Shown here piece after piece: positions 1 to 8,827 of a stretch of DNA of 64,000 bases. The stretch covers positions 265,457-329,456 of the forward strand of contig CAVUKQ010000015.1 of NCBI GenBank assembly GCA_963742115.1, read 5' to 3'. The translations under genes were made by a program, and so were the position numbers. Numbering within the stretch: the first letter of the stretch is position 1; each line of letters starts with the position of its first letter. The notes below the pieces were generated by a model that did not search any database, had not been told where the DNA came from, and saw only the letters and a program-made list of their open reading frames with translations. The stretch is from an uncultured Gammaproteobacteria bacterium (GTDB lineage Bacteria; Pseudomonadota; Gammaproteobacteria; Steroidobacterales; Rariloculaceae).

Positions 1-13
1 GACGGCGGTCCGT

Positions 14-1987
14 ATGCGAATTCATGCGCGACTCGCCGCCGGGCTGCTTGCGTTGGTCGCCGCCAGCGCAGCGGCCGACGACGATCCGCTCGCGAGCGCT
101 CGGCAGCTGTTCGTGCTCGCCTATGCCGCCGCGGAAGCCGGAGCGCCGCTGCCGCTCGCGGTGGAGCCGGCCGCACTGCGCGACTACCCGCTTTATCCAT
201 ACTTGGAGCGTGCGCGACTTACCGGCGCGCTTCGCGGCGCGGCGCAGGGATGGACGAGCACAGACGACGACGTGCGCGCGTTCCTCGATGCGCATGCGGG
301 CGAACCCGTCGCAGCAGATCTGCGGCGCACATGGCTATCGAGCCTCGGCGAGCGCGAGCAGTGGCAGGCGCTCGTCGAGCGATTCGACGCGTCGATCGCG
401 GATCCTGCGTTGCGCTGCCAGAACGTCCGCGCGCAAATCGCGCTGTCGATTCCGTCGGCCGCGTCCGCCGCCACGGACCTGTGGCTCATACCGCAGCGAT
501 TGCCGCCCGAGTGCGAGCCCGTGTTCGAGTGGCTGCGATCGACGGAAGCGCTCACCGACGATCTCGTCGAGCGCCGCGTGCGTGCGCTGCTCGAACGCGA
601 TCAGGCAGGCTTTGCGCGCACGGTCGCGAGCCGGCTCCCGAGCGAGCGCGCGGCGCCCCTCTTGCAGTGGGCAGATCTCCTCGAGCGCCCGGCACCGTCG
701 ATCGACATCGCGCTCAGCGATCCCGCGCGGGCGCGCCGCACCGAGGACACGATGCTCCTCGCGGGTTGGACCAAGCTTGCTCGCAACGACCCGACCGCGG
801 CGCGTGCTCGTTTCGAGCGGCTCGCGGCCGCCGTGGGACCGGAGCGCGCGGCACGCTATGCGTTGGCGCTCGCGTTCGGCCTCGCGTGGGACCGGCGCGC
901 TACCGAAGCGCTCGAAGCGTTCGCGGTCGTTCCCGCGGCGAATCTCGACGATTACGCGTTGTCTTGGGCTGCACGCGCGGCTCTCTGGACCGGCGATTGG
1001 CCGCAAGTCGAACGCACGATCGCCGCGATGTCCGACGCGCAGCGCGACCAACCGCGATGGCGCTACTGGTCCGCGCGAGCCGCCGCACAGCGCCACGACG
1101 AGCAGCGCGCCGAGACGCTCTATGCATCGCTGCTACGAACCGACAACTACTACGCGGCGAGCGCTGCGGCACGCCTGAAGCGCCGCGCGGAGCCGCACCC
1201 GCAAAGGTTGGCCGCCGACGACGCGACGATCGCGTCGCTCGCCGTCCGCCCCGGGTTCGTGCGAGCTCGCGAATTGTCGCTGTGCGGCTTGCGCGGGCCC
1301 GCAGTCACTGAATGGCTGAACGGCTTCGGTGCGCTCGCCGAGACGGAGCGCCCCCAGGCCGTGCACCTTGCCTCGCGTTGGCAGTGGCACGACGTGTCGG
1401 TGGCGACCGCCACGCGCGAAGGCGTGTTCTTCGACTACCCGTTGCTTTACCCGCACCCCTACGACCGTGAGGTGCACGCGGCGGCGAAGCTCACCGACCT
1501 CGACGCTGCATTGATTTACGGCGTGATTCGCCAAGAAAGCTTGTTCCGTACCGATGCCGTGTCGACGGCGGGAGCTGTCGGGCTCGCGCAGTTGATTCCG
1601 GAGACCGCGCGGCGCATCGCGCGCGCTTGGAGTCAGCCGGTGCCCGGAGCCGCGGAGCTGTTCGACCCGGAAGTAAACATCAAGCTGGGGTCAGCTCACC
1701 TACGCGACCTCGTGAATCGCTTCGACAAGCAGACGGTCGTCGCGCTCGCGGGCTACAACGCAGGTGAGAATGCGGCGGCTCGCTGGTTGCCGGCACAGCC
1801 GATCGATGCCGACGTTTGGGTCGAAAACATTCCGTACAACGAGACGCGCGACTACGTGCAGCGAGTCTTGTGGCACAGCGTGGTGTTCGGTTGGCTCGAC
1901 AGCGGGCGCGGCGAGAACGTCGAATCGTGGCTCGTCCAGGTCACGCCGCTCGCGGCGGCTCAGCCGGCGGCCGAGCCCGCCGGCTAA
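14..1987 (+). CDS. slt: Soluble lytic murein transglycosylase (Slt70 family), secreted
   Basis: 657-aa ORF. N-terminal signal peptide (MRIHARLAAGLLALVAASAAA). C-terminal SLT catalytic motifs (ES...AGAVGLAQLIPETAR, GYNAGENAAARW) follow a long superhelical Ala/Leu-rich N-domain. Confidence 0.85.
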   Translation: MRIHARLAAGLLALVAASAAADDDPLASARQLFVLAYAAAEAGAPLPLAVEPAALRDYPLYPYLERARLTGALRGAAQGWTSTDDDVRAFLDAHAGEPVAADLRRTWLSSLGEREQWQALVERFDASIADPALRCQNVRAQIALSIPSAASAATDLWLIPQRLPPECEPVFEWLRSTEALTDDLVERRVRALLERDQAGFARTVASRLPSERAAPLLQWADLLERPAPSIDIALSDPARARRTEDTMLLAGWTKLARNDPTAARARFERLAAAVGPERAARYALALAFGLAWDRRATEALEAFAVVPAANLDDYALSWAARAALWTGDWPQVERTIAAMSDAQRDQPRWRYWSARAAAQRHDEQRAETLYASLLRTDNYYAASAAARLKRRAEPHPQRLAADDATIASLAVRPGFVRARELSLCGLRGPAVTEWLNGFGALAETERPQAVHLASRWQWHDVSVATATREGVFFDYPLLYPHPYDREVHAAAKLTDLDAALIYGVIRQESLFRTDAVSTAGAVGLAQLIPETARRIARAWSQPVPGAAELFDPEVNIKLGSAHLRDLVNRFDKQTVVALAGYNAGENAAARWLPAQPIDADVWVENIPYNETRDYVQRVLWHSVVFGWLDSGRGENVESWLVQVTPLAAAQPAAEPAG

Positions 1988-2000
1988 GGTCGTCGCCAAA

Positions 2001-2294
2001 TCAGACGGTGCGCTGCAGCGCGTCGATCTCGTCCGAGATCCGCTTCGAGTCGTCCGTCACGATCCGCTCGAGAACGCGCACGCGCTCCTCGAGCTTCGCG
2101 ATGGTCTCGTCGCGATTCTTGAGCGCGTATTTCACGTGCCCCGCGACGTCATCGGCGGACGCGTCTGCACGGTGGCGACGATCGTCGAGCGGATAACCGT
2201 GCCTTGCACGAATCCACGTATTCATGACCTTGCTGAAGACGAACAGGCCGATAAAAAAGACCGGGATCAATGCTGACCAGTTGTGCGAATCCAT
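2001..2294 (-). CDS. PspB-like small envelope-stress membrane protein (one N-terminal TM helix plus C-terminal coiled coil)
   Basis: 97-aa ORF. AAGGAG Shine-Dalgarno lies about 10 nt upstream of the ATG. TM helix is WSALIPVFFIGLFVFSKV. The C-terminal IAKLEERVRVLERIVTDD resembles E. coli PspB RERIQALESILDAE (from memory). A sigma-54 promoter candidate lies upstream. Confidence 0.5.
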   Translation of the reverse strand: MDSHNWSALIPVFFIGLFVFSKVMNTWIRARHGYPLDDRRHRADASADDVAGHVKYALKNRDETIAKLEERVRVLERIVTDDSKRISDEIDALQRTV

Positions 2295-2472
2295 AGTCGA
2301 TCACTCCTTAACGGTGTCTGTTGCCCCACCGCGCTCCCGCGGCAATCTCTCGTTCGAGGGGTCTCCCGCCGAGCTGCCGTGTTCGGGCTTTGGGGAGGAA
2401 GAACAACAGCATCCGCTCTTCGGTTGGTCAGACGTGGGAGCTGCATCGACGGGAGACCTTGGCGGCGTACAT

Positions 2473-2488
2473 AGCAGCTTCCGTGCCA
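2473..2488 (-). promoter_or_regulatory. Candidate sigma-54 (-24/-12) promoter TGGCACGGAAGCTGCT reading toward the PspB-like gene
   Basis: The minus strand reads TGGCACGGAAGCTGCT. GG and GC have exactly the consensus spacing (TGGCACG-N4-TTGCW). It sits about 180 nt upstream of the ATG at 2294, with an AT-rich patch containing an ATCAA core just upstream (2505-2535). It differs at 1 of 16 positions from the site at 3299. Confidence 0.5.
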
Positions 2489-2772
2489 GACGCGGCGAAC
2501 CGACGTACCTCGTTGATTATAAGAAAGTAAAGTCTGAAACCGGCGCGCACGGGTGGGCAGTGGGCGCTGTGCGTTCCGACCAGTAGTTGGCGCAAACGTC
2601 CAACTCGGTGAGCGAATCGCGCAGTTGTCTCGCGTGGCAGCCGAGCCTGCGCGCCGCATGCCACGAGCGCGGCCACGACGGTGGTCTCAGCGAGCGGCCC
2701 GCGGCTCGATGACGTCGCGGGCGCTCCGCTCGTGACGAGACAGGCTCCCTAGGGATTGGAGGGGGAGGCAAA

Positions 2773-2794
2773 GAGGGCCGCTTGCGCGGCCCTC
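2773..2794 (-). terminator. Stem-loop terminator downstream of the 21-codon ORF
   Basis: GAGGGCCGC-ttgc-GCGGCCCTC, a 9-bp GC stem with a 4-nt loop, followed on the minus strand by TTTG. It lies about 30 nt after the small-ORF stop. The U-tract is short. Confidence 0.45.
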
Positions 2795-2825
2795 CGTGAG
2801 ACGGGGTCTCGTAACCCGAAGGTCT

Positions 2826-2891
2826 TCAGCTGTTGAGCGCCTCGCGCGACCACTCGCAGCCTACTGAAACCCCAAAACTCTCACTAGACAT
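2826..2891 (-). CDS. Candidate small protein, 21 aa (MSSESFGVSVGCEWSREALNS)
   Basis: Absent from the ORF track because it is too short. The minus strand reads AAGGAGGTGATCC-c-ATG. The 13-mer is the exact complement of the canonical 16S 3' tail GGATCACCTCCTT, with 7 nt between GGAGG and the ATG. There are 21 sense codons, then TGA, then a hairpin terminator. Confidence 0.4.
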   Translation of the reverse strand: MSSESFGVSVGCEWSREALNS

Positions 2892-3196
2892 GGGATCACC
2901 TCCTTCGGTTTGTGGACCTGGTCTAAGCGTCTCCTATTCGCGGGCCAAAACGCAAGTGCGCGGGCGTCGGAAATCTCATACGCTTCCACTCGCTAGGCGA
3001 GTGCTCACCCGGGACGCGGCGCCGCGGTCCCGACGCACCGATGGCCGCGAACGAGCGCGGCCTCGACCACGATCGATGCGACCTGGATCTCGCTCCACGC
3101 GTCTAACGGAGTGGCGCATGCGGAGCGAAGCCGGCGTAGTCGAGAAAAACCGCGCGCGCCGCACGTGTCGGCGATGCAGGTCACGATTGAGGTTTT

Positions 3197-3226
3197 GCGC
3201 CAACGAGTGGCGCGAACCACTAGTGG
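3197..3226. promoter_or_regulatory. Dyad-symmetry elements, a possible enhancer-binding-protein (UAS) site
   Basis: GCGCCA-acgag-TGGCGC (3197-3213) is followed by the perfect palindrome CCACTAGTGG (3217-3226). This is about 95 nt upstream of the -24 element at 3300. The AGTGGCG core recurs at 3110, 3205 and 3222. Confidence 0.25.
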
Positions 3227-3298
3227 CGAGTCCAATGGAGAAACGGCGCGGCGGCCGAATCTCCGCGCGGGTCAAAGGCTTGCGACTTCGGCGTGCTT

Positions 3299-3314
3299 TG
3301 GCACGAAAGCTGCT
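3299..3314 (+). promoter_or_regulatory. Candidate sigma-54 (-24/-12) promoter TGGCACGAAAGCTGCT for the ABC operon
   Basis: GG at 3300-3301 and GC at 3312-3313 have consensus spacing. It sits about 40 nt upstream of the GGAGG Shine-Dalgarno and the ATG at 3356. Confidence 0.5.
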
Positions 3315-3355
3315 AAAGCGAACTTTGCTCACCTCGGGGCGGGGAGGGTTTGCCG

Positions 3356-4030
3356 ATGATCAGACTTTCGAACGTGACGAAGCGCTATTCGAGCTCGCGC
3401 GACGCGGCGGCGCTCGACGGCATCGATCTTACGATCGAGCGCGGCGAGTTCGTCGCGGTGATGGGACCGTCCGGCAGCGGCAAGACGACGATGCTCAACA
3501 TCGTCGGGCTCATCGATACGCCATCGAGCGGGCGCTACGTATTCGGCGACGAGGATCTCTCGAGCCGCTCAGTGGACGAGCTCACCGACCTCCGCCGGCG
3601 GCACGTGAGCTTCATCTTCCAGAGCTTTCACTTGATCTCCGACCTCACGGTCTACGAGAACGTCGAGCTGCCGCTGCGCTATCAAAAGGTGCCGCGCGCC
3701 CGCTGGGCGACTCGAGTGCGCGAGGTGCTCGAGCTCGTGGGGCTCGACTCGCGCACGAAGCAATACCCCGACGAGCTCTCGGGCGGTCAGCAGCAGCGCG
3801 TCTCCATCGCGCGCGCACTCGTCAACGATCCGTCGCTGATCCTCGCCGACGAGCCGACGGGCAACCTCGACAGCCGCAACGGCGCGGACGTCATGGAAAT
3901 GCTCGGCGTCCTGCATCGCGAGGGCGCGACCGTGGTGATGGTCACGCACTCGCCGGCGCGCGCGGCGCAGGCTGATCGAGTCGTGCATCTGCTGGACGGC
4001 CGCATCGTACCCCGCGAGACGAGGATCTAG
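3356..4030 (+). CDS. ABC transporter ATP-binding protein, MacB/LolD-like
   Basis: Walker A GPSGSGKTT, signature LSGGQQQRVSIARAL, Walker [13 protein letters not shown] prefer the ATG at 3356, which has a GGAGG Shine-Dalgarno, over the TTG at 3350 in the ORF track. Confidence 0.9.
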   Translation: MIRLSNVTKRYSSSRDAAALDGIDLTIERGEFVAVMGPSGSGKTTMLNIVGLIDTPSSGRYVFGDEDLSSRSVDELTDLRRRHVSFIFQSFHLISDLTVYENVELPLRYQKVPRARWATRVREVLELVGLDSRTKQYPDELSGGQQQRVSIARALVNDPSLILADEPTGNLDSRNGADVMEMLGVLHREGATVVMVTHSPARAAQADRVVHLLDGRIVPRETRI

Positions 4031-4033
4031 CCG

Positions 4034-6677
4034 ATGATCGGTCACTACTTCTCGATCGCGCTCCGCAACCTGCGCCGCTCGCCGTTCACTGCCCTCGTCA
4101 ACGTCCTCACTCTCGCGCTCGGTCTCGTCGCGTTCGTGGCCGCCTACGCCGTCGTCGCCTATTGGGGCAACAGCGATCGGCACTTCGCGAATACGGACCG
4201 CACCTTCGTGATAACCGCGAACCTCGCATTGCGCGACGGCAGCATCACCACGGGCAAGTTTCCGCAGACGACGGACTTCTACGAGCGCTACTTGCGTCTC
4301 GAGTTTCCGGAGTTCGAAACGCTCGCGCGCGCACGCATCTGGAATCGCCGGGCCTCCGTCACGGCGGACGGACGCCGCGCGCTCGTGGTGGGCCTCGCCG
4401 TGGACCCGGCGTTCCTCGACATCTTCGACCTGCCGTTCGCCGCCGGCGATGCCCGTACGGCTCTGCAGTCGCCGAATTCTCTCGTCCTGACGGAAGCCGC
4501 TGCGCTGCGTCTCTTCGGCACGACGGACGCGCTCGGCAAGACGGTGTCGCTCGGCGGCAACCTCATCGACGCCACGGTGACCGGAGTGCTCGGAGAGATC
4601 CCCGAGCCCTCGCACCTCGGCGGCTCGGAGTCGGCGCCGTTACATTTCGAGATCATGGCTCCGTACGAGCTCTACGAGCGGCTCGCCGAAGCCGTCAACC
4701 GGCCCGCGACGCCGCCACCGGCCGCGGCTGCGGCTGCTGCCAACGCGAATGGGACGGCAGCGCCGAACGGCGCGGCGGCTGCCCAGCCCGCTGCGGCCGG
4801 CGAGGCGGCGACCGCGGCCGCCGCCGAGACGCCCGCCGATGCGCCGCCGCCCACCCGCAACGAAAACTGGCTCGGTGGTTATTGCTGCACGACTTACGCG
4901 ATGTTGAAGCGCGGTAGCGGCGTGTCGGCCGCGAGCTTGAACGCGCGCTTGCGCGATTTCGCCGAACGGCGGATGACGCCCGACCAACTCAACCTCGCGA
5001 CCATCGACGTGGGCGCGGTCCCGTTGAGCGGCCTGTTGGTCACGGGACTCAACGCCCAGCTGCTCGGCGGCGCGAGCGGCTGGCTGTCGATCACCACGAT
5101 CTTGTTCGGCCTCGGCGCGCTCGTGCTGCTCGTGGCGTGCATGAACTACGCGAACCTCTCGACGGCTCGCGCCGCGCGCCGCGCGCGCGAGATAGGCCTG
5201 CGCAAAGTCCTCGGCGCGCGCCGTGGCCAGCTCATTGCACAGTACCTGCTCGAGGCTGGAGTCCTGACGACAGCGGCGCTCGCAGTCGCCGTCGGCGTCG
5301 TCGCGCTGATCGCGCCGCTCGTCGCCAACGCAGTGGGCATCGACATGCGCGCCGCGATCGACACCCGCTTCTGGGTGTTCATCGGCACGCTGCTCGTGGG
5401 CGTGACGTTGCTCGGCGGCGCCTACCCCGCGCTCGTGCTGTCGCGGGTGCGCCCAATCGAGGCGCTGCGCTTGGGGCGCATCCGCATCGGCCCGCGGTTC
5501 GCCGCGACTCTGCTCGTGGGCGCACAGTTCGCCGCGGCGAGCTTTCTGCTGATCGCCGTGATCGTGATGTTCTCGCAAAGCGCCGCGCTCGTTCGCACGG
5601 GCGCCGGCAGCACGCGCGATCAACACCTCGTGATCAGCAACTTTCGCCCGGTGACCGGAGTGGACGGCGACCTGCTGCGCGCCGAGCTCGAGCGCCTCCC
5701 GCAGGCGAAAGGCGTCACGGCAACGGGCTCCGCGCCGTGGAGCGACGACGTGAACTTGAACCTCTTCTCGCGCTCGCCCGAGGAGACGACGTCGCTGCAA
5801 ACCGCCTTCCAGAGCAACGTCGCCTACGATTTCTTCGCCACGCTGGACATCCCGGTCCTCGCGGGACGCGTGTTCGACAGGGATCACAACGACCTGCCGC
5901 CGCAGGGCCCGCCGGACCCGAGCAGGCCGCCGATCAACATCGTGATCGACCGCATCCTCGCGCAGCAGCTCGGCTTCCGGTCCCCGGCGGAAGCGGTCGA
6001 CCAGACGATCTACTTCCCGGCGGTCTTGGGGGAACAGCCGCAGCAATTCCGCGTCATCGGTGTAGTCGAAACCCGTCCGCTCGCGCTGCGCGGCTTCGGC
6101 GCGACGTCGAGCGCCTATCAGCTCCGGCCGGGCGCCGGCATGCAGAACATCATCGTGCGCCTGTCCGCGGACGACATCGCGGGCGGCGTCGCGGGAGCGG
6201 AAGCCATCTGGCGCCGACTCTCGCCGCAGTCGCCGTTCCAGCGCCGATTCATGGACGAGCTGTTCGAGGAGAACTTCGAGACCTACGCGCGTGTGAATCA
6301 AGTATTCGTCGGGCTCGCCACGTTCGCGTTCCTGATCTCGGTGATCGGCTTGTTCGGGATGGCCATTCAGGTCGCGGGGCGCCGCACGCACGAGATCGGC
6401 GTCCGCAAGTCCGTCGGCGCGCGCAAGATGCAGATCGTGCAAATGCTGCTCCGCGACTTCTCGAAGCCCGGTGGTCATCGCGAATCTGATCGCGTGGCCG
6501 CTCGGGTACTTCGCCGCGCAGGCATATCTCAGCGTGTTCATCCAGCGTATCAGCCTCACGCCGGTGCCGTTCGTCGTGAGCCTCGTGATCGTCGTCGCGA
6601 TCGCGTGGGCGGCCGTCGCGAGCCAAGCACTGCGAGCCGCGCGCGCGAATCCCGCGACGGTGCTGCGATTCGAATGA
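4034..6677 (+). CDS. Large ABC transporter permease with two FtsX-type modules (about 880 aa), frameshifted in this sequence
   Basis: Two FtsX signatures (RAREIGLRKVLGARRGQL and RTHEIGVRKSVGARKMQIV), each followed by TM helices. The frame breaks at about 6470: ...DFSKP continues as VVIANLIAWPLGYF... in ORF 6471..6677. The span is 2644 nt, which is 3n+1. An Ala/Pro/Asn low-complexity insert lies at about 4700-4860. Confidence 0.85.
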
Positions 6678-7630
6678 TCGGACGGCGCAACGTGACGATC
6701 ACCACCAAGCTCCGCTCGATCGGCCGAAATCGCGGCGTGCGCTACGCGCTGTCGCTGCCGGAGCGCACGGTGCGCTCCGTCACTGCGCTCGCCGCAGGGC
6801 TCGTGCGCGAGACGGCCGGCGTCGTGCTGCCGATCGGCGTGCGCCGCGGGCGCGTCTATCGGAGCCTCGTCGGCGCGACCCTGCAGTTCCTGATCGAGCA
6901 TGTCGGCGAAGTCGACGTTGCGCACGCGACGGATCGTGAGCTCGGCGAGAACTTCCTGTTGCGCCGCGCCGCCGGCAACGGCATCGAGCTCCTCGGCGTG
7001 CTCGCGTTTCGCACGTCCCCCGTCTGGGTGCTCGCTGCGCTCGCGGACCTCTGCGGATTCGGGCGCTATCTGATTCCGCAGATCGCGGACGTGCTGAAGA
7101 GCGAAGGGCTGCTCGATCCGAGCGGCTCATTCAGCACGATGGATCAGCTGCTCGAGGGTCTCGAGCGCACCGCTGCGCAGCTCGCCGAAACCGTCAACGC
7201 GCCACCGCTCGACATCGCGGGGCTGCGGCGGGAGTGGACGAAGCTCGCGACGGAAGTGCGGCGCCTGCCCGCTCCGCAACTGCCGTCGCGCGCAAGCGTC
7301 GTGCGGGTGTGGGACGACCTGCGCACGGAGGCGAAGGCGCAGGACCGCACGGTGTTCGAGGTCTCGTCACTACTCGCCGTGTCCGCGGTCAGCGAACTGC
7401 CCGAGCGGGTCCGCTTGCTGTCGAAGTCCGCGGCGGTCGCGCTGCGCCGCAGCGGCGCCGTCGTGTCGGACGCACTGCTGGCGTACTACCGCGAGGCGCT
7501 CACGGAGATGCGCACAGTGGGCTACTTCCGCTACGGCGCGCGCCAACTCGCGCCCTATGCGCGCGCGGCCGTCGCGGCATTTCATCCCGCGCGCGAGACG
7601 CTCACCGGCAAGTTTTTCGGGAAACTTTGA
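6674..7630 (+). CDS. Conserved hypothetical protein (318 aa), translationally coupled to the permease
   Basis: The ATG at 6674 overlaps the permease stop (ATGA). It is the in-frame tail of the 4034..7630 track ORF and begins MIGRRNVTITTKLRSIG. It is helical and Ala/Leu/Arg-rich. I do not recognise a family. Confidence 0.6.
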   Translation: MIGRRNVTITTKLRSIGRNRGVRYALSLPERTVRSVTALAAGLVRETAGVVLPIGVRRGRVYRSLVGATLQFLIEHVGEVDVAHATDRELGENFLLRRAAGNGIELLGVLAFRTSPVWVLAALADLCGFGRYLIPQIADVLKSEGLLDPSGSFSTMDQLLEGLERTAAQLAETVNAPPLDIAGLRREWTKLATEVRRLPAPQLPSRASVVRVWDDLRTEAKAQDRTVFEVSSLLAVSAVSELPERVRLLSKSAAVALRRSGAVVSDALLAYYREALTEMRTVGYFRYGARQLAPYARAAVAAFHPARETLTGKFFGKL

Positions 7631-7657
7631 TTCGCGGTCAAAAACAGGAGAACGACC

Positions 7658-7979
7658 ATGAACGAACCTTACATGCAAAGCGCCGACGGCCAACGCCCGT
7701 TGGAGGAGCACTTGAAGTCGCGCTCCACGTGGCTGCGGCTGTTCTTCATGATCGTGGTCAGCGTCTTCTACGCGGTCGCGAGGCTAGTCACGACGATCGT
7801 GGTGGTCGCGCAGTTCTGCCACGTGCTGTTCACGGGTCAGGTCAACGAGCGCGCTGCGCGAGTTCGGTCAATCGCTGGCCACGTACACCTATCAAGTCGT
7901 GACTTATCTCACGTTCAACACGGAGGTACGGCCATTCCCGTTCGACGCGGAGTGGCCGCACGGCGCGCAGGGTCAGTGA
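7658..7979 (+). CDS. DUF4389-like small membrane protein, frameshifted in this sequence
   Basis: WLRLFFMIVVSVFYAVARLVTTIVVVAQFCHVLFTGQVNER continues in the +1 frame as LREFGQSLATYTYQVVTYLTFNTEVRPFPFDAEWP. The break is at about 7853. The span is 322 nt, which is 3n+1. Confidence 0.7.
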
Positions 7980-7997
7980 GATCGCGCGCGCGGCGCC

Positions 7998-8558
7998 TCA
8001 GGTGCGCTCGATCTCTTCGCCGGCCGCGACGAGCTTCGTAAGCGTGTTCCAGTTGCGAGCCGTGCCCGCAACCTTGAGCTTGTTCTCGATGAACGCGTTG
8101 GTGAGCTTCGAACGGCCGACACCGTCTGGATAGTAGAGATAGATCTCGGGGCCGCGCACCTCGATCATCTCGGGTCCCTTGTGCTGCTTCACCAACGTTG
8201 CTTGACCGCCGGCATCGGGCACGTCCGACAGGAACATCACGAGGAGCTTGCTCATGTCGGCGCGCGGGGACAGCACGGGCCCGCGCTCGACGATCGTCCG
8301 AACCTCGTCGAGCGTGCGGATCACGACTTCGATCTGCAGATCGAAGCGCCGCTCGATCTCCTGCGCTATGCGCTTCGCGAGTGCCGCTCTATCCTTGAGC
8401 CTGCTGCGGAAGACCACGTTGCCGCTCTGCAGCAAGGTGCGCACGTCGGCGAGACCGAGGGCGACGTACGCGTCCGTCAACGCGTCCATCTTCATTCTGC
8501 CGTGCCCGCCGACGTTGACGCCGCGCAGCATCGAAACGAATACCGTCACGTTCTTCAC
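7998..8558 (-). CDS. DUF1697 domain-containing protein
   Basis: Characteristic N-terminus [22 protein letters not shown] and C-terminus [13 protein letters not shown] chose the GTG start at 8558; the longer track ORF upstream looks non-coding. Confidence 0.75.
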   Translation of the reverse strand: MKNVTVFVSMLRGVNVGGHGRMKMDALTDAYVALGLADVRTLLQSGNVVFRSRLKDRAALAKRIAQEIERRFDLQIEVVIRTLDEVRTIVERGPVLSPRADMSKLLVMFLSDVPDAGGQATLVKQHKGPEMIEVRGPEIYLYYPDGVGRSKLTNAFIENKLKVAGTARNWNTLTKLVAAGEEIERT

Positions 8559-8827
8559 CCTCGACCGGCCCTGCCGAATCGCGGGCCACCCAATCGGCCG
8601 CCAACGGTAACGGAGGAACGCGGCGCGCCGCCAGTCCGCACGGGCGCTGCCCCGAGGCGCTGGGCCCGCGGCCGCGTATCCCATGCCCGCTCCGAAGGCG
8701 TACCCGCACACGCCGGCGCGCCTCGGAAACCGCCGTCTGCGGCCGCCCGCGTCGCGGAAGTGGTACCCTGGTCGGCCTCAACCCGTTGATCTGCCCAAGG
8801 AACGAGCGCCCCGCGATCGCAAGCTGC

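Noticed and set aside
2893-2905. GGATCACCTCCTT on the plus strand, identical to the 3' end of 16S rRNA. Could this be a 16S fragment?
   Set aside because: None of the flanking sequence resembles 16S (no ...GTAACCGTAGGGGAACCTGCGG... upstream). It is better explained as the complement of an extended Shine-Dalgarno for the minus-strand small ORF.
2295-3355. Possibility that the 1 kb gene-free region encodes tmRNA, RNase P RNA, 6S RNA or a known riboswitch.
   Set aside because: I could not find the diagnostic motifs on either strand. These are the tmRNA tRNA-like end with a T-loop GGTTCGA and the tag ORF, the RNase P GAGGAAAGTCCGGGC and ACAGAAA blocks, and known riboswitch cores. A covariance-model scan would be needed to exclude them fully.
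2833-3975. 380-aa ORF spanning the non-coding hub and the ABC ATPase gene.
   Set aside because: It is out of frame with the unmistakable ATPase (Walker A/B and signature motifs). The translation is Arg-rich and looks like nonsense.
4640-6925. Very long ORFs antisense to, or out of frame with, recognised genes. Examples: 4640..6925 (-) 761 aa, 18774..21434 (-) 886 aa, 8683..10854 (+) 723 aa, 24056..25360 (-), 26148..27302 (-), 31696..32898 (-), 9719..10978 (-).
   Set aside because: Their translations are Arg/Ala/Pro/Gly-rich with no motifs. They fully overlap genes that have clear family signatures on the other strand or frame. Such shadow ORFs are expected when stop codons are rare in high-GC DNA.
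6674-7630. Idea that ORF 4034..7630 (1198 aa) is a single giant permease fusion.
   Set aside because: The FtsX C-terminus clearly continues in another frame to a stop at 6677, and a new ATG overlaps that stop (ATGA). The downstream 318 aa have no TM helices and are best treated as a separate coupled gene.
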